From the NCBI GenBank assembly GCA_016710765.1, contig JADJUJ010000024.1, forward strand, positions 2,919-66,918: a stretch of 64,000 nt of DNA, in the 5' to 3' direction. Below are positions 22,557 through 33,596 of this stretch, piece by piece. The notes beneath the pieces were generated by a model. The model searched no databases. It was not told the DNA's origin and saw only the letters and a program-made list of their open reading frames with translations. The translations under genes and the position numbers were made by a program. Positions within the stretch are counted from its first letter, which is position 1. Each line of letters starts with the position of its first letter. Source of the DNA: Lewinellaceae bacterium (GTDB lineage: Bacteria > Bacteroidota > Bacteroidia > Chitinophagales > Saprospiraceae).

Positions 22557-23233
22557 GTACAACAGATAGTACTGTACAAACGGCGCCAAAACCGAAAAGT
22601 GAGCCGCTTTTTTCGAAGAAAAACTTGCGCACCCTGCGCGATCCGCTCGACGACAACAACCCCATTACCGTGCAGGTACTGGGCATCTGTTCCGCCCTCG
22701 CGGTAACGGTGCAGGTAAAGCCGGCCATCATCATGGCACTTGGTGTTACTTTCGTAACAGCTTTTTCCAACCTGATCGTTTCGATGGTTCGCAACTCCAT
22801 TCCTACGCGGGTGCGCATCATTGTGCAATTGATTATTGTCGCTTTGTTGGTGACGATCGTCGACCAGATGCTGAAAGCATTCATGTTTGACGTGAGCAAA
22901 AAACTCTCCGTTTTCGTGGGTCTCATCATCACCAACTGCATTGTGATGGGACGCCTGGAGGCCTTTGCCATGGCTCAAAAACCCTGGCGGTCTTTTCTCG
23001 ACGGTATTGGCAATGGCCTTGGATACGGTATCATTCTGGTGGTGGTAGCGGTTATTCGCGAGTTGTTTGGCGCTGGGAAAATTTTGGGTTTCCAAATCAT
23101 ACCCCAATGGTTTTACGACCACGGCTATGTCAACAATGGCTTGATGGTACTGCCTCCGGCTGCCCTGTTCATCATTGGCCTGTACATTTGGTGGCAGCGG
23201 GCACGAAACATTAAACTGATCAACGTCTCCTAA
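22553..23233 (+). CDS. nqrD: Na+-NQR subunit D
   Basis: Polytopic NqrD/RnfE-type sequence ([18 protein letters not shown]). Confidence 0.85.
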   Translation: MSTTDSTVQTAPKPKSEPLFSKKNLRTLRDPLDDNNPITVQVLGICSALAVTVQVKPAIIMALGVTFVTAFSNLIVSMVRNSIPTRVRIIVQLIIVALLVTIVDQMLKAFMFDVSKKLSVFVGLIITNCIVMGRLEAFAMAQKPWRSFLDGIGNGLGYGIILVVVAVIRELFGAGKILGFQIIPQWFYDHGYVNNGLMVLPPAALFIIGLYIWWQRARNIKLINVS

Positions 23234-23243
23234 TAAAGATAGT

Positions 23244-23858
23244 ATGGAACATCTGTTGAATATTTTTATCAAATCCATTTTTGTGGAGAATGTGATTTTT
23301 GCATTCTTCCTCGGGATGTGTTCCTTTTTGGCAGTGTCTAAAAAGGTAAAAACCGCCTTCGGACTGGGTGTGGCTGTTATCTTTGTAATGGTCCTCACAA
23401 CGCCATTGAACTACTTGATTCTCAATTACTTGTTGAACAAAGGTTCTCTGGCCTGGATCAGTCCGGCACTGGCCGATGTGGATCTGACCTTCCTGGCATT
23501 TATACTCTTTATCTCTACCATTGCAGGGGCAGTTCAGCTCGTTGAAATGGTAGTAGAAAAATTCACGCCAGCCTTGTACAACGCGCTTGGTATTTTCCTT
23601 CCGCTGATTACAGTGAACTGCTCGATTCTTGGCGCTTCGCTGTTCATGCAGGAACGGGAGTATGGTTTTTCGGAAACCCTGGTGTTTTCCATCGGTTCTG
23701 GAATCGGTTTTGCGCTGGCCATCGTTTTGTTGGCTGCCATCCGCGAGCGACTTCGTTATTCCAACATCCCGGCACCCTTGCAAGGGCTTGGTATTGCAAT
23801 GATTATCACCGGATTGATGGGAATGGCATTCCTCAGTTTCTCCGGCATTCAACTTTAA
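23244..23858 (+). CDS. nqrE: Na+-NQR subunit E
   Basis: NqrE/RnfA-type sequence ([16 protein letters not shown], ..[19 protein letters not shown]). Confidence 0.85.
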   Translation: MEHLLNIFIKSIFVENVIFAFFLGMCSFLAVSKKVKTAFGLGVAVIFVMVLTTPLNYLILNYLLNKGSLAWISPALADVDLTFLAFILFISTIAGAVQLVEMVVEKFTPALYNALGIFLPLITVNCSILGASLFMQEREYGFSETLVFSIGSGIGFALAIVLLAAIRERLRYSNIPAPLQGLGIAMIITGLMGMAFLSFSGIQL

Positions 23859-23886
23859 TAACCCTCATTATCCATAAAATTCGGTT

Positions 23887-25137
23887 ATGGTTCCGGTAAT
23901 TACAAGCAGTATTGCAGTTTTCATATTGGTGGTTTTGCTGTTGGTTTTTCTCATCCTTCAAGCAAAAGAACGTTTGTTGCCCCAAACAAATGTATCGATC
24001 ATCATCAATGGCGATCAGGAACATCCCCTGACGGTGCAGCCCGGTGGTACACTCCTCAGTACCCTGGCCGCCAACAACCTTTTCCTGGCCTCCGCTTGCG
24101 GCGGTGGCGGCACCTGTGCTATGTGCACTTGTCAGGTGTTCAGTGGCGGCGGCGATGTGCTGCCCACGGAAACCAACCACCTGAACCGCAAAGAGGTGGC
24201 AGAACACCGTCGGCTGGCTTGCCAGGTGAAAGTGAAGGAAAACATGGAAATCCGCGTGCCCGATGAGGTGTTTGGGGTAAAGAAATGGGAGTGCGAAGTG
24301 GTATCCAACGACAACGTTTCTACCTTTATCAAGGAGTTTGTCGTAAAACTCCCGGAAGGAGAATCTTTGAAATTCCGCTCTGGTGATTACATCCAGGTGG
24401 ACGTGCCGGAACTGGAAGTGGACTTCAGCAAAGACCTTTACGAAATCCCTGACCGCTTCAAGGACGATTACGATAAGTTCAACATCTGGTCGCTGAAACT
24501 AAAAGTAGATGAACCGGTGTTCCGCGCCTATTCTATGGCCAACCACCCGGCTGAGGGCAACATCATCATGCTGAACATCCGTATCGCTACGCCACCTTGG
24601 GATCGGGCCAAAAATGCCTTCAAAGACGTACCGCCAGGACTTTGTTCTTCCTTTGTGTTTACCCGCAAACCAGGTGATAAAGTGACGATCAGCGGACCTT
24701 ACGGTGAATTCCACATCAAAGATACCGACAAGGAAATGTTGTACATCGGTGGTGGCGCAGGTATGGCCCCCTTGCGCGCACAGATTTTCCACCTTTTCCA
24801 TACCCTGAAAACAGGCCGGAAGGTGTCTTACTGGTACGGTGCCCGCTCAAAAAGGGAGATCTTTTATGAAGATCATTTCCGCGCCATCGAAAAAGAATTC
24901 CCCAACTTCCGGTTTGAAATTGCGCTTTCCGAGCCAATGCCTGAAGATAACTGGACCGGATATGTTGGCTTTATCCACAAGGTAGTGCACGATGAATACC
25001 TTTCCAAAACGGAGGAACCGGAAGAAATTGAATACTATCTCTGCGGCCCGCCATTGATGTTGTCCGCAGTTGAAACGATGTTGGATAACCTGGGCGTTCC
25101 TAAAGAGATGATTGCGTTCGACGACTTCGGCAGTTAA
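23887..25137 (+). CDS. nqrF: Na+-NQR subunit F
   Basis: N-terminal TM helix, 2Fe-2S motif [18 protein letters not shown](P) blocks RAYSMAN and GGGAGMAP. Confidence 0.9.
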   Translation: MVPVITSSIAVFILVVLLLVFLILQAKERLLPQTNVSIIINGDQEHPLTVQPGGTLLSTLAANNLFLASACGGGGTCAMCTCQVFSGGGDVLPTETNHLNRKEVAEHRRLACQVKVKENMEIRVPDEVFGVKKWECEVVSNDNVSTFIKEFVVKLPEGESLKFRSGDYIQVDVPELEVDFSKDLYEIPDRFKDDYDKFNIWSLKLKVDEPVFRAYSMANHPAEGNIIMLNIRIATPPWDRAKNAFKDVPPGLCSSFVFTRKPGDKVTISGPYGEFHIKDTDKEMLYIGGGAGMAPLRAQIFHLFHTLKTGRKVSYWYGARSKREIFYEDHFRAIEKEFPNFRFEIALSEPMPEDNWTGYVGFIHKVVHDEYLSKTEEPEEIEYYLCGPPLMLSAVETMLDNLGVPKEMIAFDDFGS

Positions 25138-25139
25138 TC

Positions 25140-27575
25140 ATGTTGCATCGTTGCATTCTTCTCAGCGGTTTTTGTGCCATCCTGTTTTCAGGTGTTGCAC
25201 AAAAACCGCTTTTTTTATGGTACGACCATCCAGCGCTAAATTGGAACGAAGCACTTCCGCTGGGCAATGGCCGCCTTGGCGCTATGGTTTTTGGTGGCGC
25301 CAGCGAGGAATTGGTCCAACTGAATGAATCCACGCTTTGGAGCGGCGGGCCTGCCGAACTGGAGTCCAATCACGAAGCCCAGTTTCACCTCCAACCTGCC
25401 CGGGAGGCACTGTTTAAAGGAGATTTGGTCAATGCAGAAAGAGAAACCAAATCTATGCAAGGGCTGTACAGTGAGTCCTACCTGCCGATGCTGGATCTTC
25501 ATTTGACGATGGAGCACGACAGCATCACGACCAATTACCGGCGGGACCTGGATCTCCAAACAGCAATGGCAACAACGCAATACAGCATTGGCGCAATCGA
25601 GTACACCCGGAAAATATTTGTTTCCGCACCCGATCAAGCGTTGGTGCTACAACTGGAGGCCAGTAAGCCGGGTAGTTTGAGTGGCACTTTTTCCGTCAAC
25701 AGCCTCTTGCCCATTTTTATTGCACATCGAGATGTCAATGGTTTTACGGTGAAAGGTAAAGCGCCTGCGCATGCTGATCCCAGTTATGTCCAATACAATG
25801 ATCCTGCTGTTGTATTTGAGGATACCAGCCATTGCAGGGGGATGCGTTTTGCCGTAACCGTTCGAGCGACCAGCGAGGACGGTATAATTTGGGTAGACAA
25901 TACTGGTTTGCGATTCAAAGGTTGCAGCAGTTTGTTGCTTACACTCTGCGCGGCTACCAGTTTTAACGGATTTGACCACTGCCCTGACCGGGAGGGTCTG
26001 GATGAACTTGCCCTGGTGCGGGAAATGGAGCTTGGTTTGGGCGGAAAGGGTTTTACGGACTTGCAGCAGGCGCATATCGTTGATTTTCAGCGTTACTTTA
26101 GCCGGGTTTCACTGTTGCTGGGTGGTCCTGATCACGCAGAACTTCCAACCGACCAGCGTTTGAAAGCCTATGATGCTGGTGCTACAGATCCCGGGCTGGA
26201 GGCTTTGTATTTTCAGTTTGGCAGGTACCTGCTCATCAGTGCTTCTCGACCCGGTGGTCCACCTGCCAACTTGCAGGGCATTTGGAACCCCATACTGCGT
26301 CCGCCCTGGAGCAGTAACTATACCATCAACATCAACACCGAGATGAATTACTGGCCGGCGGAAGTTTGCAACCTGCCGGAAATGCACCAGCCGCTGCTCA
26401 ATTTTATCGGAAACCTTGCCCAAACGGGCGCCATCACCGCCAACCATTTTTATGGCTGTCGGGGCTGGGTAGCGCACCATAATTCCGATCTCTGGGCAAT
26501 GTCCAATCCTGTAGGTGATTTGGGCCGGGGCGATCCGAAATGGGCCAACTGGCCGATGGGTGGCGTTTGGCTATGCCGGCATTTGTGGGAGCATTATGCG
26601 TTTAACAACGATACCACCTGGCTCCGCGCAACTGCTTACCCGCTTATGGAAGGCTCCGTGCGATTCTGCCTGGATTGGTTGGTGGAGGGCCCTGACGGAT
26701 ATTTGGTGACGGCCCCATCCACGTCTCCCGAGAATGCCTATCGAGCGCCTGATGGAAATAGTTATGATGTTTCTGTTTCAAGCACCATGGATGTATCGCT
26801 GATTCGTGACCTGTTTATCAATGCATTTTTGGCCAGAAAAACCCTGGGCTTGGAAGGAGGCTTGTCGGATACCCTGCTGTTTACCCTGGGTCGATTGATG
26901 CCTTTTCAAGTCGGTAGTCAGGGGCAGTTGCAGGAATGGTACCGCGATTTTCCGGATGTAGAACCCGAGCACCGGCATTTGTCGCATCTTGTTGGTTTGT
27001 ACCCGGCGAGTTTGCTGGATGCATTCGCTGCTCCTTCGCTGGCCAATGCCGCCAGGCAAACGCTTATCATCCGTGGTGATGCGGGCACTGGCTGGAGCAA
27101 GGCCTGGAAAATCAACTTGTGGGCGCGTTTGCGTGATGGCAACCATGCCTACCAATTGTTGCGGGAGCTCCTGCATTGGTGCGGCGAGGCAGACAGCCAT
27201 GGCGGCGGGACGTATTCAAACCTCTTTTGCGCCCATCCTCCCTTTCAGATCGACGGTAATTTTGGCGGAACTGCCGGAATTGCCGAAATGTTGTTGCAAA
27301 GTGATAAAGGGAGCATCAATCTGTTGCCAGCCTTGCCAGAGGCCTGGCAGTCTGGTTCGGTTACAGGACTTCGGGCCCGTGGAGGCTATACCGTTGATAT
27401 AACCTGGAAAAAAGGGCGGTTGCATTCGGCGCTGATCCATGCATCCAGTGACGGCACCTGCTTTGTCATGGCCAAGGCGAAATTGCACTTGAAGGGCAGT
27501 TATTTTAGAAAAAAGCATACAGTAATTTCGTTCCCGGTAAAAGCCGGAAGGACTTATCGTATTTTAGCGCACTGA
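25140..27575 (+). CDS. Glycoside hydrolase family 95 (alpha-L-fucosidase-like), secreted
   Basis: N-terminal [34 protein letters not shown], and about 800 aa, as in GH95. Confidence 0.8.
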   Translation: MLHRCILLSGFCAILFSGVAQKPLFLWYDHPALNWNEALPLGNGRLGAMVFGGASEELVQLNESTLWSGGPAELESNHEAQFHLQPAREALFKGDLVNAERETKSMQGLYSESYLPMLDLHLTMEHDSITTNYRRDLDLQTAMATTQYSIGAIEYTRKIFVSAPDQALVLQLEASKPGSLSGTFSVNSLLPIFIAHRDVNGFTVKGKAPAHADPSYVQYNDPAVVFEDTSHCRGMRFAVTVRATSEDGIIWVDNTGLRFKGCSSLLLTLCAATSFNGFDHCPDREGLDELALVREMELGLGGKGFTDLQQAHIVDFQRYFSRVSLLLGGPDHAELPTDQRLKAYDAGATDPGLEALYFQFGRYLLISASRPGGPPANLQGIWNPILRPPWSSNYTININTEMNYWPAEVCNLPEMHQPLLNFIGNLAQTGAITANHFYGCRGWVAHHNSDLWAMSNPVGDLGRGDPKWANWPMGGVWLCRHLWEHYAFNNDTTWLRATAYPLMEGSVRFCLDWLVEGPDGYLVTAPSTSPENAYRAPDGNSYDVSVSSTMDVSLIRDLFINAFLARKTLGLEGGLSDTLLFTLGRLMPFQVGSQGQLQEWYRDFPDVEPEHRHLSHLVGLYPASLLDAFAAPSLANAARQTLIIRGDAGTGWSKAWKINLWARLRDGNHAYQLLRELLHWCGEADSHGGGTYSNLFCAHPPFQIDGNFGGTAGIAEMLLQSDKGSINLLPALPEAWQSGSVTGLRARGGYTVDITWKKGRLHSALIHASSDGTCFVMAKAKLHLKGSYFRKKHTVISFPVKAGRTYRILAH

Positions 27576-27625
27576 TCCAAAAGATGCCCCGTCTCGGGCA
27601 TTTCACAATACCAACTTGACTGAAG

Positions 27626-28637
27626 ATGAAACAATTGATTGGGGTAATCTTGCTTTTAGTAACCCTTTTCGGAGTAGGCTGCCAGCAGGATAAACCTGCT
27701 TATACCCATTTGGAGGGGCAGGCGCAAGGCACTACCTTTTCGATTATCTACCAGGATTCTCTGCAACGAGATTACGCCGCACCAATAGACAGTTTGTTTC
27801 GACTGATTGATAAAAGTATGTCGCTTTGGGACAGCACTTCCATCATTACCAGGATGAACCAAAATGATACTTCGATTCGGGCAGACAAACATTTGCAGCG
27901 TGTTTTTGATGTATCTGAAGCGGTATCTGCCTCAACTGGCGGTGCGTTTGATATTACGGTTGGGCCGCTGGTGCGCACCTGGGGTTTTAGTTATAAAAAA
28001 AATCTGCCCTTTCCCGATTCGGCTGTGGTAGACAGTCTTAAATCGTTGATTGGTTACCAAAAAGTGCATCTGGATAAGGGGCGGTTGGTCAAAGCCGACC
28101 CGAGAATGGAGATTGATTTGAATGCCATTGCACAAGGCTATACAGTGGATGTGATGGCCGAGTTTTTTGGAGGCACGGGGCGTGCACAACTACATGATAG
28201 AGATTGGAGGGGAACTCCGCACTGCTGGTGTGAATGAACAGCATGAGCCCTGGCTTATTGGCATTGATAAACCCATTGAAGGGGAGGGGAGGGCCTTGCA
28301 AGCCATTCTGAAATTGAGTGGCAAATCGCTGGCAACATCCGGGAGTTACCGTAAATTTATTGAGCGGGACGGGCATAAATTCAGCCACGCCATCAATCCG
28401 CAAACAGGCTTTCCGGTGGAACATCCCGTTTTAAGTGTATCGGTTATTGCCGATAATTGCACACTGGCTGATGCTTATGCTACGGCCTGCCTGGTGCAAG
28501 GATTGGAATGGTCGTTTGAATTGGCCAGGGAAAAGAAACTTGAAGTGTTTTGTATTTATGCCGACGACAACAACAAGATGCAAACGCAGGCAACGCCAGG
28601 ATTCGAACAATTGATGCAGGATCCGGAAAAACAGTAA
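27626..28637 (+). CDS. apbE: FAD:protein FMN transferase ApbE (lipoprotein); frame broken once
   Basis: Lipobox LFGVGC, FDITVGPL, AIAQGYTVD. ORFs 27626-28237 and 28167-28637 join as ..MAEFLEARGVHNYMIEIGGE.. if the T6 run 28163-28168 is T5. Confidence 0.85.
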
Positions 28638-28777
28638 TGGCCGGCGAATTGGATTTATGCTGAATGCCCTCCGCTGGGTAGCAATGGACACAGATATACT
28701 CCTGATCAGCCTGGGCCGTTTTTACAAACTGGCTGATTAGTGTGCGCTGCACGAAAAGCAGAAGGGGTATGCCCAGT

Positions 28778-28977
28778 TTAGGTTGTTTCTGGATTGCCAC
28801 ATGCCTCTTCGGGTTTGCGGCCGCAAACGCCACAAACAGCGCCTTCCTTTTGTAACATAGGGTTGTTATTGGCACAAGTGCCCCTGAAAGTGCCCCTTTT
28901 ACAAACAATAGCCGGACACTGAACATCAAAAAAGCGATCAAAACAAGGGAAATCGAAAGCAGTAGAACGGTAAGCAT
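28778..28977 (-). CDS. nqrM: (Na+)-NQR maturation protein NqrM-like; frame broken once
   Basis: MLTVLLLSISLVLIAFLMFSVRLLFVKG, then (after adding one base at the C4 run 28893-28896) TFRGTCANNNPMLQKEGAVCGVCGRKPEEAC. The Cys pattern and size fit NqrM. Confidence 0.6.
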
Positions 28978-29106
28978 GTCTGGTGAAATTTGATTGGGGA
29001 AATATTTAAAATTAGAACACAAAAAACAACTGTATTGTTTGACGGCAAAATTAATTAAGATATCTTTGGCCAAGCATATACTCAAAGATAACAAAAAACT
29101 ACAACC

Positions 29107-29556
29107 ATGCATGTCCGCACGAAAATTCCCGTAAAACAGGTCATGACCGAGAAAGGTATCAATGTTGTTTGGACGGTTACACCCGAAACCATGGTGATAG
29201 AAGCACTAATGTTAATGGAAGAAAAAAACATTGGTGCAGTGGTTGTTATGAAAGGCAACAGCATTATTGGTATCTTTTCCGAGCGTGAATATTCCAGGCA
29301 AGGCATTATTAAAGGGCGGAAAGCCAAGAGCACACCTGTGACAGAAGTAATGAACAGCGACCTGGCAATTGTGCACCCTGAAGAGGATGTCAATGAGTGT
29401 ATGGGGCTGTTTCTAACAAAAAAAACACGCTACTTGCCAGTGGTTCAGGACGACGAAATAATTGGCCTTATTAGTATGGGCGACGTGGTGTCCTCCATGA
29501 TTAAAAACCAGCGTGATCACATCGAATTTCTTGAAAGTTATATTACCAGACACTAG
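29107..29556 (+). CDS. CBS-domain pair protein
   Basis: 149 aa with two CBS-like repeats (IGAVVVM.., YLPVVQDDEIIGLISMGDVV). Confidence 0.8.
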   Translation: MHVRTKIPVKQVMTEKGINVVWTVTPETMVIEALMLMEEKNIGAVVVMKGNSIIGIFSEREYSRQGIIKGRKAKSTPVTEVMNSDLAIVHPEEDVNECMGLFLTKKTRYLPVVQDDEIIGLISMGDVVSSMIKNQRDHIEFLESYITRH

Positions 29557-29582
29557 ACCTATTACGCACCTAACACCCTTTT

Positions 29583-30910
29583 ATGGCAACCTTGATTGTA
29601 GTAGCATTTATCATTGGCTACCTCTTAATTGCATTAGAACACCCCATCCACATCGACAAGGCCGCCTCGGCCGTTCTTACCGGAGTAGTTTGCTGGGTTT
29701 TACTCGTTTACGGATATGACGCGATGCCGGTCATGGCACACGGAACAGCAGAAGGCGCCTCCACCGACACGCACGATATTATTTCTCACGCTTTAGCAGA
29801 GCATTTGGGTGACATTTCCTCCATCCTGTTTTTCTTGCTTGGGGCTATGACCATTGTGGAACTTGTAGATGCCCACGATGGATTTAAGGTTATTACCGAC
29901 CGAATCAGAACAACCAATCGGGTCAGGCTGCTATGGATATTGTCCATTGTAGCTTTCTTCCTTTCCGCTGCCCTTGACAACATGACCACTGCCATTGTGA
30001 TGAGCGCTCTGGTTCGGCGGTTGGCTAAAGATAAAAGTGACCGTTGGATTTTGGCTGGTTTTGTCATCATTGCAGCCAACGCTGGTGGTGCCTGGTCGCC
30101 AATTGGTGACGTGACCACCATTATGCTTTGGATTGGTGGGCAGATCACAGCATTGAATATTGTGAAGATGTTGTTCATTCCTTCCATGGTCAGCCTGCTG
30201 GTACCGCTTGCTGTTGCTTCTTTTTTCATGAAAGGAGAAATAGACAAACCTGAAATTAAAAAGAAGCCGAGGGGCATTACCATACCACTCCCAGACAGCA
30301 ACAAACCATATTTTTACTCGGCGTGGGCAGCCTTCTTTTTGTGCCCATATTTAAAACCATTACCCACCTTCCTCCCTTCATGGGTATCATGCTGGGGGTT
30401 GGTACGCTGTGGTATGTTACTGAAATGATGCACAAAGGTCGGGAGCCTGAGGTACGCGGACGACTGACCGTAGCAGCTGTATTGCGCCGGATTGATACAC
30501 CCAGTATTTTGTTCTTTCTCGGCATCCTGTTGGCTGTTGCAGCACTGGAAACCTCCGGTCACCTGCACCTGCTGGCGTCTGGACTGAATGATGCTATTGG
30601 GAATATTTACATCATCAATACCCTCATCGGTATGCTTTCTTCCATTGTGGACAACGTTCCACTCGTGGCTGCCGCTATGGGTATGTATCCCATTTCCCAA
30701 ATTCCAGTGGACGATAAATTTTGGGAATTACTCGCTTACTGCGCCGGTACTGGTGGTAGTATCCTGATTATTGGCTCCGCCGCTGGCGTTGCCACCATGG
30801 GGATTTTGAAAATCGACTTCATTTGGTACCTCCGTAAAATCAGTTTCTATGCATTGATCGGATATTTTTCCGGTATACTGGTATACTATTTGCTTGAGAA
30901 CGTAATGTAA
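29583..30910 (+). CDS. nhaD: NhaD/ArsB-superfamily Na+/H+ antiporter; frame broken once
   Basis: Polytopic (LDNMTTAIVM, ANAGGAWSPIGDVTT, VDNVPLVAA). ORFs 29583-30428 and 30323-30910 join near the T5 run 30311-30315. Confidence 0.75.
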
Positions 30911-31033
30911 CTGGACTATCGCCTAAAGTTAAAGTCTGGGTCAGCACAGCTCGGTTGTATTGCCGTACTGTGAAACATTTTGAACCTTCTTGCGTTAGGA
31001 AGGAAGTCTTAAAGCATTGTGTACTACCAGAAT

Positions 31034-31689
31034 ATGACCAAACCAAATTACCTGCCCGTCCTAATCGCCTTTTCTGCATTCCTGTTGGGCGTATTACCAG
31101 CGTCTGCTCAATCCAAAGATTGGGCGCTGAAAAGCGAAAAAGAAGGCGTTAAAGTCTATTATCGCCAAACCTCTGGTGTTCATGAGGTAAAGCTACCACT
31201 TCCCTCAAAACCTCATTGAGTGGTATTCTTCACCTTTTTGCTGAAGTGGAACAATACCCGGATTGGGGCTATAAAGTTGTGGAGTCCAGGCTTATTCAAA
31301 AGAAATCGGATACCGACCTGATTTATTACACCCGTTTTGATTTTCCCTGGCCGCTCAGTGACCGGGATATTGTCATGCACTCAACCCTTATACAGGACCC
31401 TGTTACTAAAAAAGTAGTGTCAAAAAGTGTAGCAGAGCCCTGGCATATTGCAGAAGTGGCTGATGTGGTGCGGATTAAAGAGGCCCGTACCCAGTGGTCT
31501 TTGTACCCCAATGAAACGGGGTGGCTTTACCTGGAATACTACATTTATTCCAATCCAGGAGGGATGCTGCCCAGTTGGTTGGTAAACATGGCCATCGATG
31601 TAGGACCTTTGGAAACCATCAAGGCAATACGTGGAAAATTGGCTGACCCCACTTACCAGGCCGTAAAATTGGCGCATATCCTAGAATAA
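31034..31689 (+). CDS. START/lipid-binding domain protein, secreted; frame broken once
   Basis: Signal peptide, then DWALKSEKEGVKVYYR.. and ..EVEQYPDWGY... ORFs 31019-31219 and 31216-31689 join near the A-run 31189-31191. Confidence 0.65.
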
Positions 31690-31752
31690 GATAGGCTTTC
31701 AGGCAAACAATGCAGCAAAAGTGCTGTTCTTTTGTGGTTCAAACTCATACCA

Positions 31753-33573
31753 ATGGCCTACAAAAGTTTACGCGACGCCGTGCGCGATCTGGAAAACAAT
31801 TGCATGCTGCTGCGCATACGGGAAGAAGTTGACCCCAACCTTGAAATGGCAGCCATCCACAGGCTGGTTTATGAACGGCAAGGTCCGGCAATACTATACG
31901 AAAAAGTAAAGGGCAGTCCTTTTCAGGCAGTCAGCAACCTGTATGGAACCTTTCGTCAGACGGAATATTTGTTTCGGCACACACTTCCCCGCGTTAAAAA
32001 AGTAATCGAACTCAAGCAGGATCCTACGCGCCTGCTTCGGCAGCCCTTGCGTTATCTCAGTGCGCCTTTCACCGCCCTGTCAGCGCTTCCCATGCGCAGT
32101 ATTTTTAAAGCCCCGGTGCGGTACGGCACTACAACCATCGATCAATTGCCCCAGGTGAAAAGTTGGCCAATGGATGGTGGCGCCTTTATTACCCTGCCAC
32201 AGGTGTATACAGAGGACCCCGACACGCCTGGTGTGATGCATTCCAACCTAGGTATGTACCGCATTCAATTGTCGGGCAACGATTACATTCCCAACGAAGA
32301 AATCGGCTTGCACTACCAGATCCACCGCGGCATTGGTGTGCACCATGAAAAATACAACCGCCTGGATCAGCCTTTCCGTTGCAGCATTTTTGTGGGCGGA
32401 CTGCCGAGCCATGCCTTTTCTGCCATCATGCCGCTCCCGGAAGGCCTGAGTGAACTTACATTTGCGGGCATGATGGCCGGTCGCCGCTTTCGCCATCAAA
32501 TGCACGAAGGCTACCGCCTCTCTTCCGATGCTGATTTTGTGATTACGGGCGAAATTTTAAAAAATGTAAAAAAATCGGAGGGCCCATTTGGTGATCACCT
32601 GGGGTATTACTCCCTGGCCCACGATTTCCCTGTGATGCGGGTGCAAAAGGTGTACCACCGCAAAGATCCGTTGTGGCATTTTACCGCCGTGGGGCGGCCA
32701 CCAGCAGAAGACAGCAGTTTTGGCTGGCTGATCCACGAACTGGTGGCGCCGCTCACACCCGGCGAATTTCCGGGCTTGAAAGAACTGCACGCCGTGGATG
32801 CCGCCGGGGTACACCCCTTGCTGGTAGCCATTGGGCACGAGCGGTACATGCCTTTCCGCGAGCGCGTACCGGAAGAAATCCTCACCATCGCCAATCGTAT
32901 CCTGGGCAGTGGCCAAACCTCTTTGGCGAAGTTTCTCTGGATTGCCGCCAGTGACGATGACCCCAGCCTGGATACACACGATCTGCCCCGGTTTTTTCAG
33001 CATATGCTGGAGCGGGTAGATTGGACCCGCGACCTGCATTTTCAGACCCGCACTACCATTGACACCCTCGACTATTCCGGTTCCGGTTGGAACGAGGGCT
33101 CCAAAGTGGTGGTCGCTTGTCGGGGCGAAAAACGCCGTCAACTCAGCAAGATCTTACCAGAAGCCTTCAAACTGCCAGAAGGGTTCAGCGAGCCGCATTT
33201 TTGTATGCCGGGAATCCTGGCCATTAAGGCGCCTAGGTTTGAGGCTGAGTTGCCGGCGCGGGAGCAAGTGGAGGAATTCTGCCGCTTTATGGCCAATTAC
33301 AGCCTTGAGGGCATTCCTATGATCGTGTTGTGCGACGACAGCACCTTTACTGCAGCCACCCTTAACAACTTTGTATGGGTGACGTTCACGCGGGCCAACC
33401 CGAGTCACGATACCTATGGCATTCACTCCTTTGTTGCCAACAAGCACTGGGGATGCCGCGGTCCGCTGGTGATTGATGCGCGCAAAAAGCCGCACCATGC
33501 GCCGGAGTTGATCCCCGACCCGGAGGTAGACAAGCGGGCGGAGGCGATATTGGCACGAAACTGGAGAAGGTAA
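31753..33573 (+). CDS. UbiD-family (prenylated-FMN dependent) decarboxylase
   Basis: About 606 aa. The N-terminus YKSLRDAVRDLE...LLRIREEVDP..EMAAI and the overall pattern are typical of the UbiD family. Confidence 0.8.
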   Translation: MAYKSLRDAVRDLENNCMLLRIREEVDPNLEMAAIHRLVYERQGPAILYEKVKGSPFQAVSNLYGTFRQTEYLFRHTLPRVKKVIELKQDPTRLLRQPLRYLSAPFTALSALPMRSIFKAPVRYGTTTIDQLPQVKSWPMDGGAFITLPQVYTEDPDTPGVMHSNLGMYRIQLSGNDYIPNEEIGLHYQIHRGIGVHHEKYNRLDQPFRCSIFVGGLPSHAFSAIMPLPEGLSELTFAGMMAGRRFRHQMHEGYRLSSDADFVITGEILKNVKKSEGPFGDHLGYYSLAHDFPVMRVQKVYHRKDPLWHFTAVGRPPAEDSSFGWLIHELVAPLTPGEFPGLKELHAVDAAGVHPLLVAIGHERYMPFRERVPEEILTIANRILGSGQTSLAKFLWIAASDDDPSLDTHDLPRFFQHMLERVDWTRDLHFQTRTTIDTLDYSGSGWNEGSKVVVACRGEKRRQLSKILPEAFKLPEGFSEPHFCMPGILAIKAPRFEAELPAREQVEEFCRFMANYSLEGIPMIVLCDDSTFTAATLNNFVWVTFTRANPSHDTYGIHSFVANKHWGCRGPLVIDARKKPHHAPELIPDPEVDKRAEAILARNWRR

Positions 33574-33596
33574 AAATACCTAGCAAAGACATAGTA

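Noticed and set aside
19319-25137. Programmed ribosomal frameshifting or genuine inactivation of nqrA and nqrB (the same question applies to rnfD/G, hemH and rnr)
   Set aside because: The breaks occur at plain homopolymers without slippery-heptamer or pseudoknot context, are spread over unrelated genes, and go in both directions. Sequencing indels are the simpler explanation.
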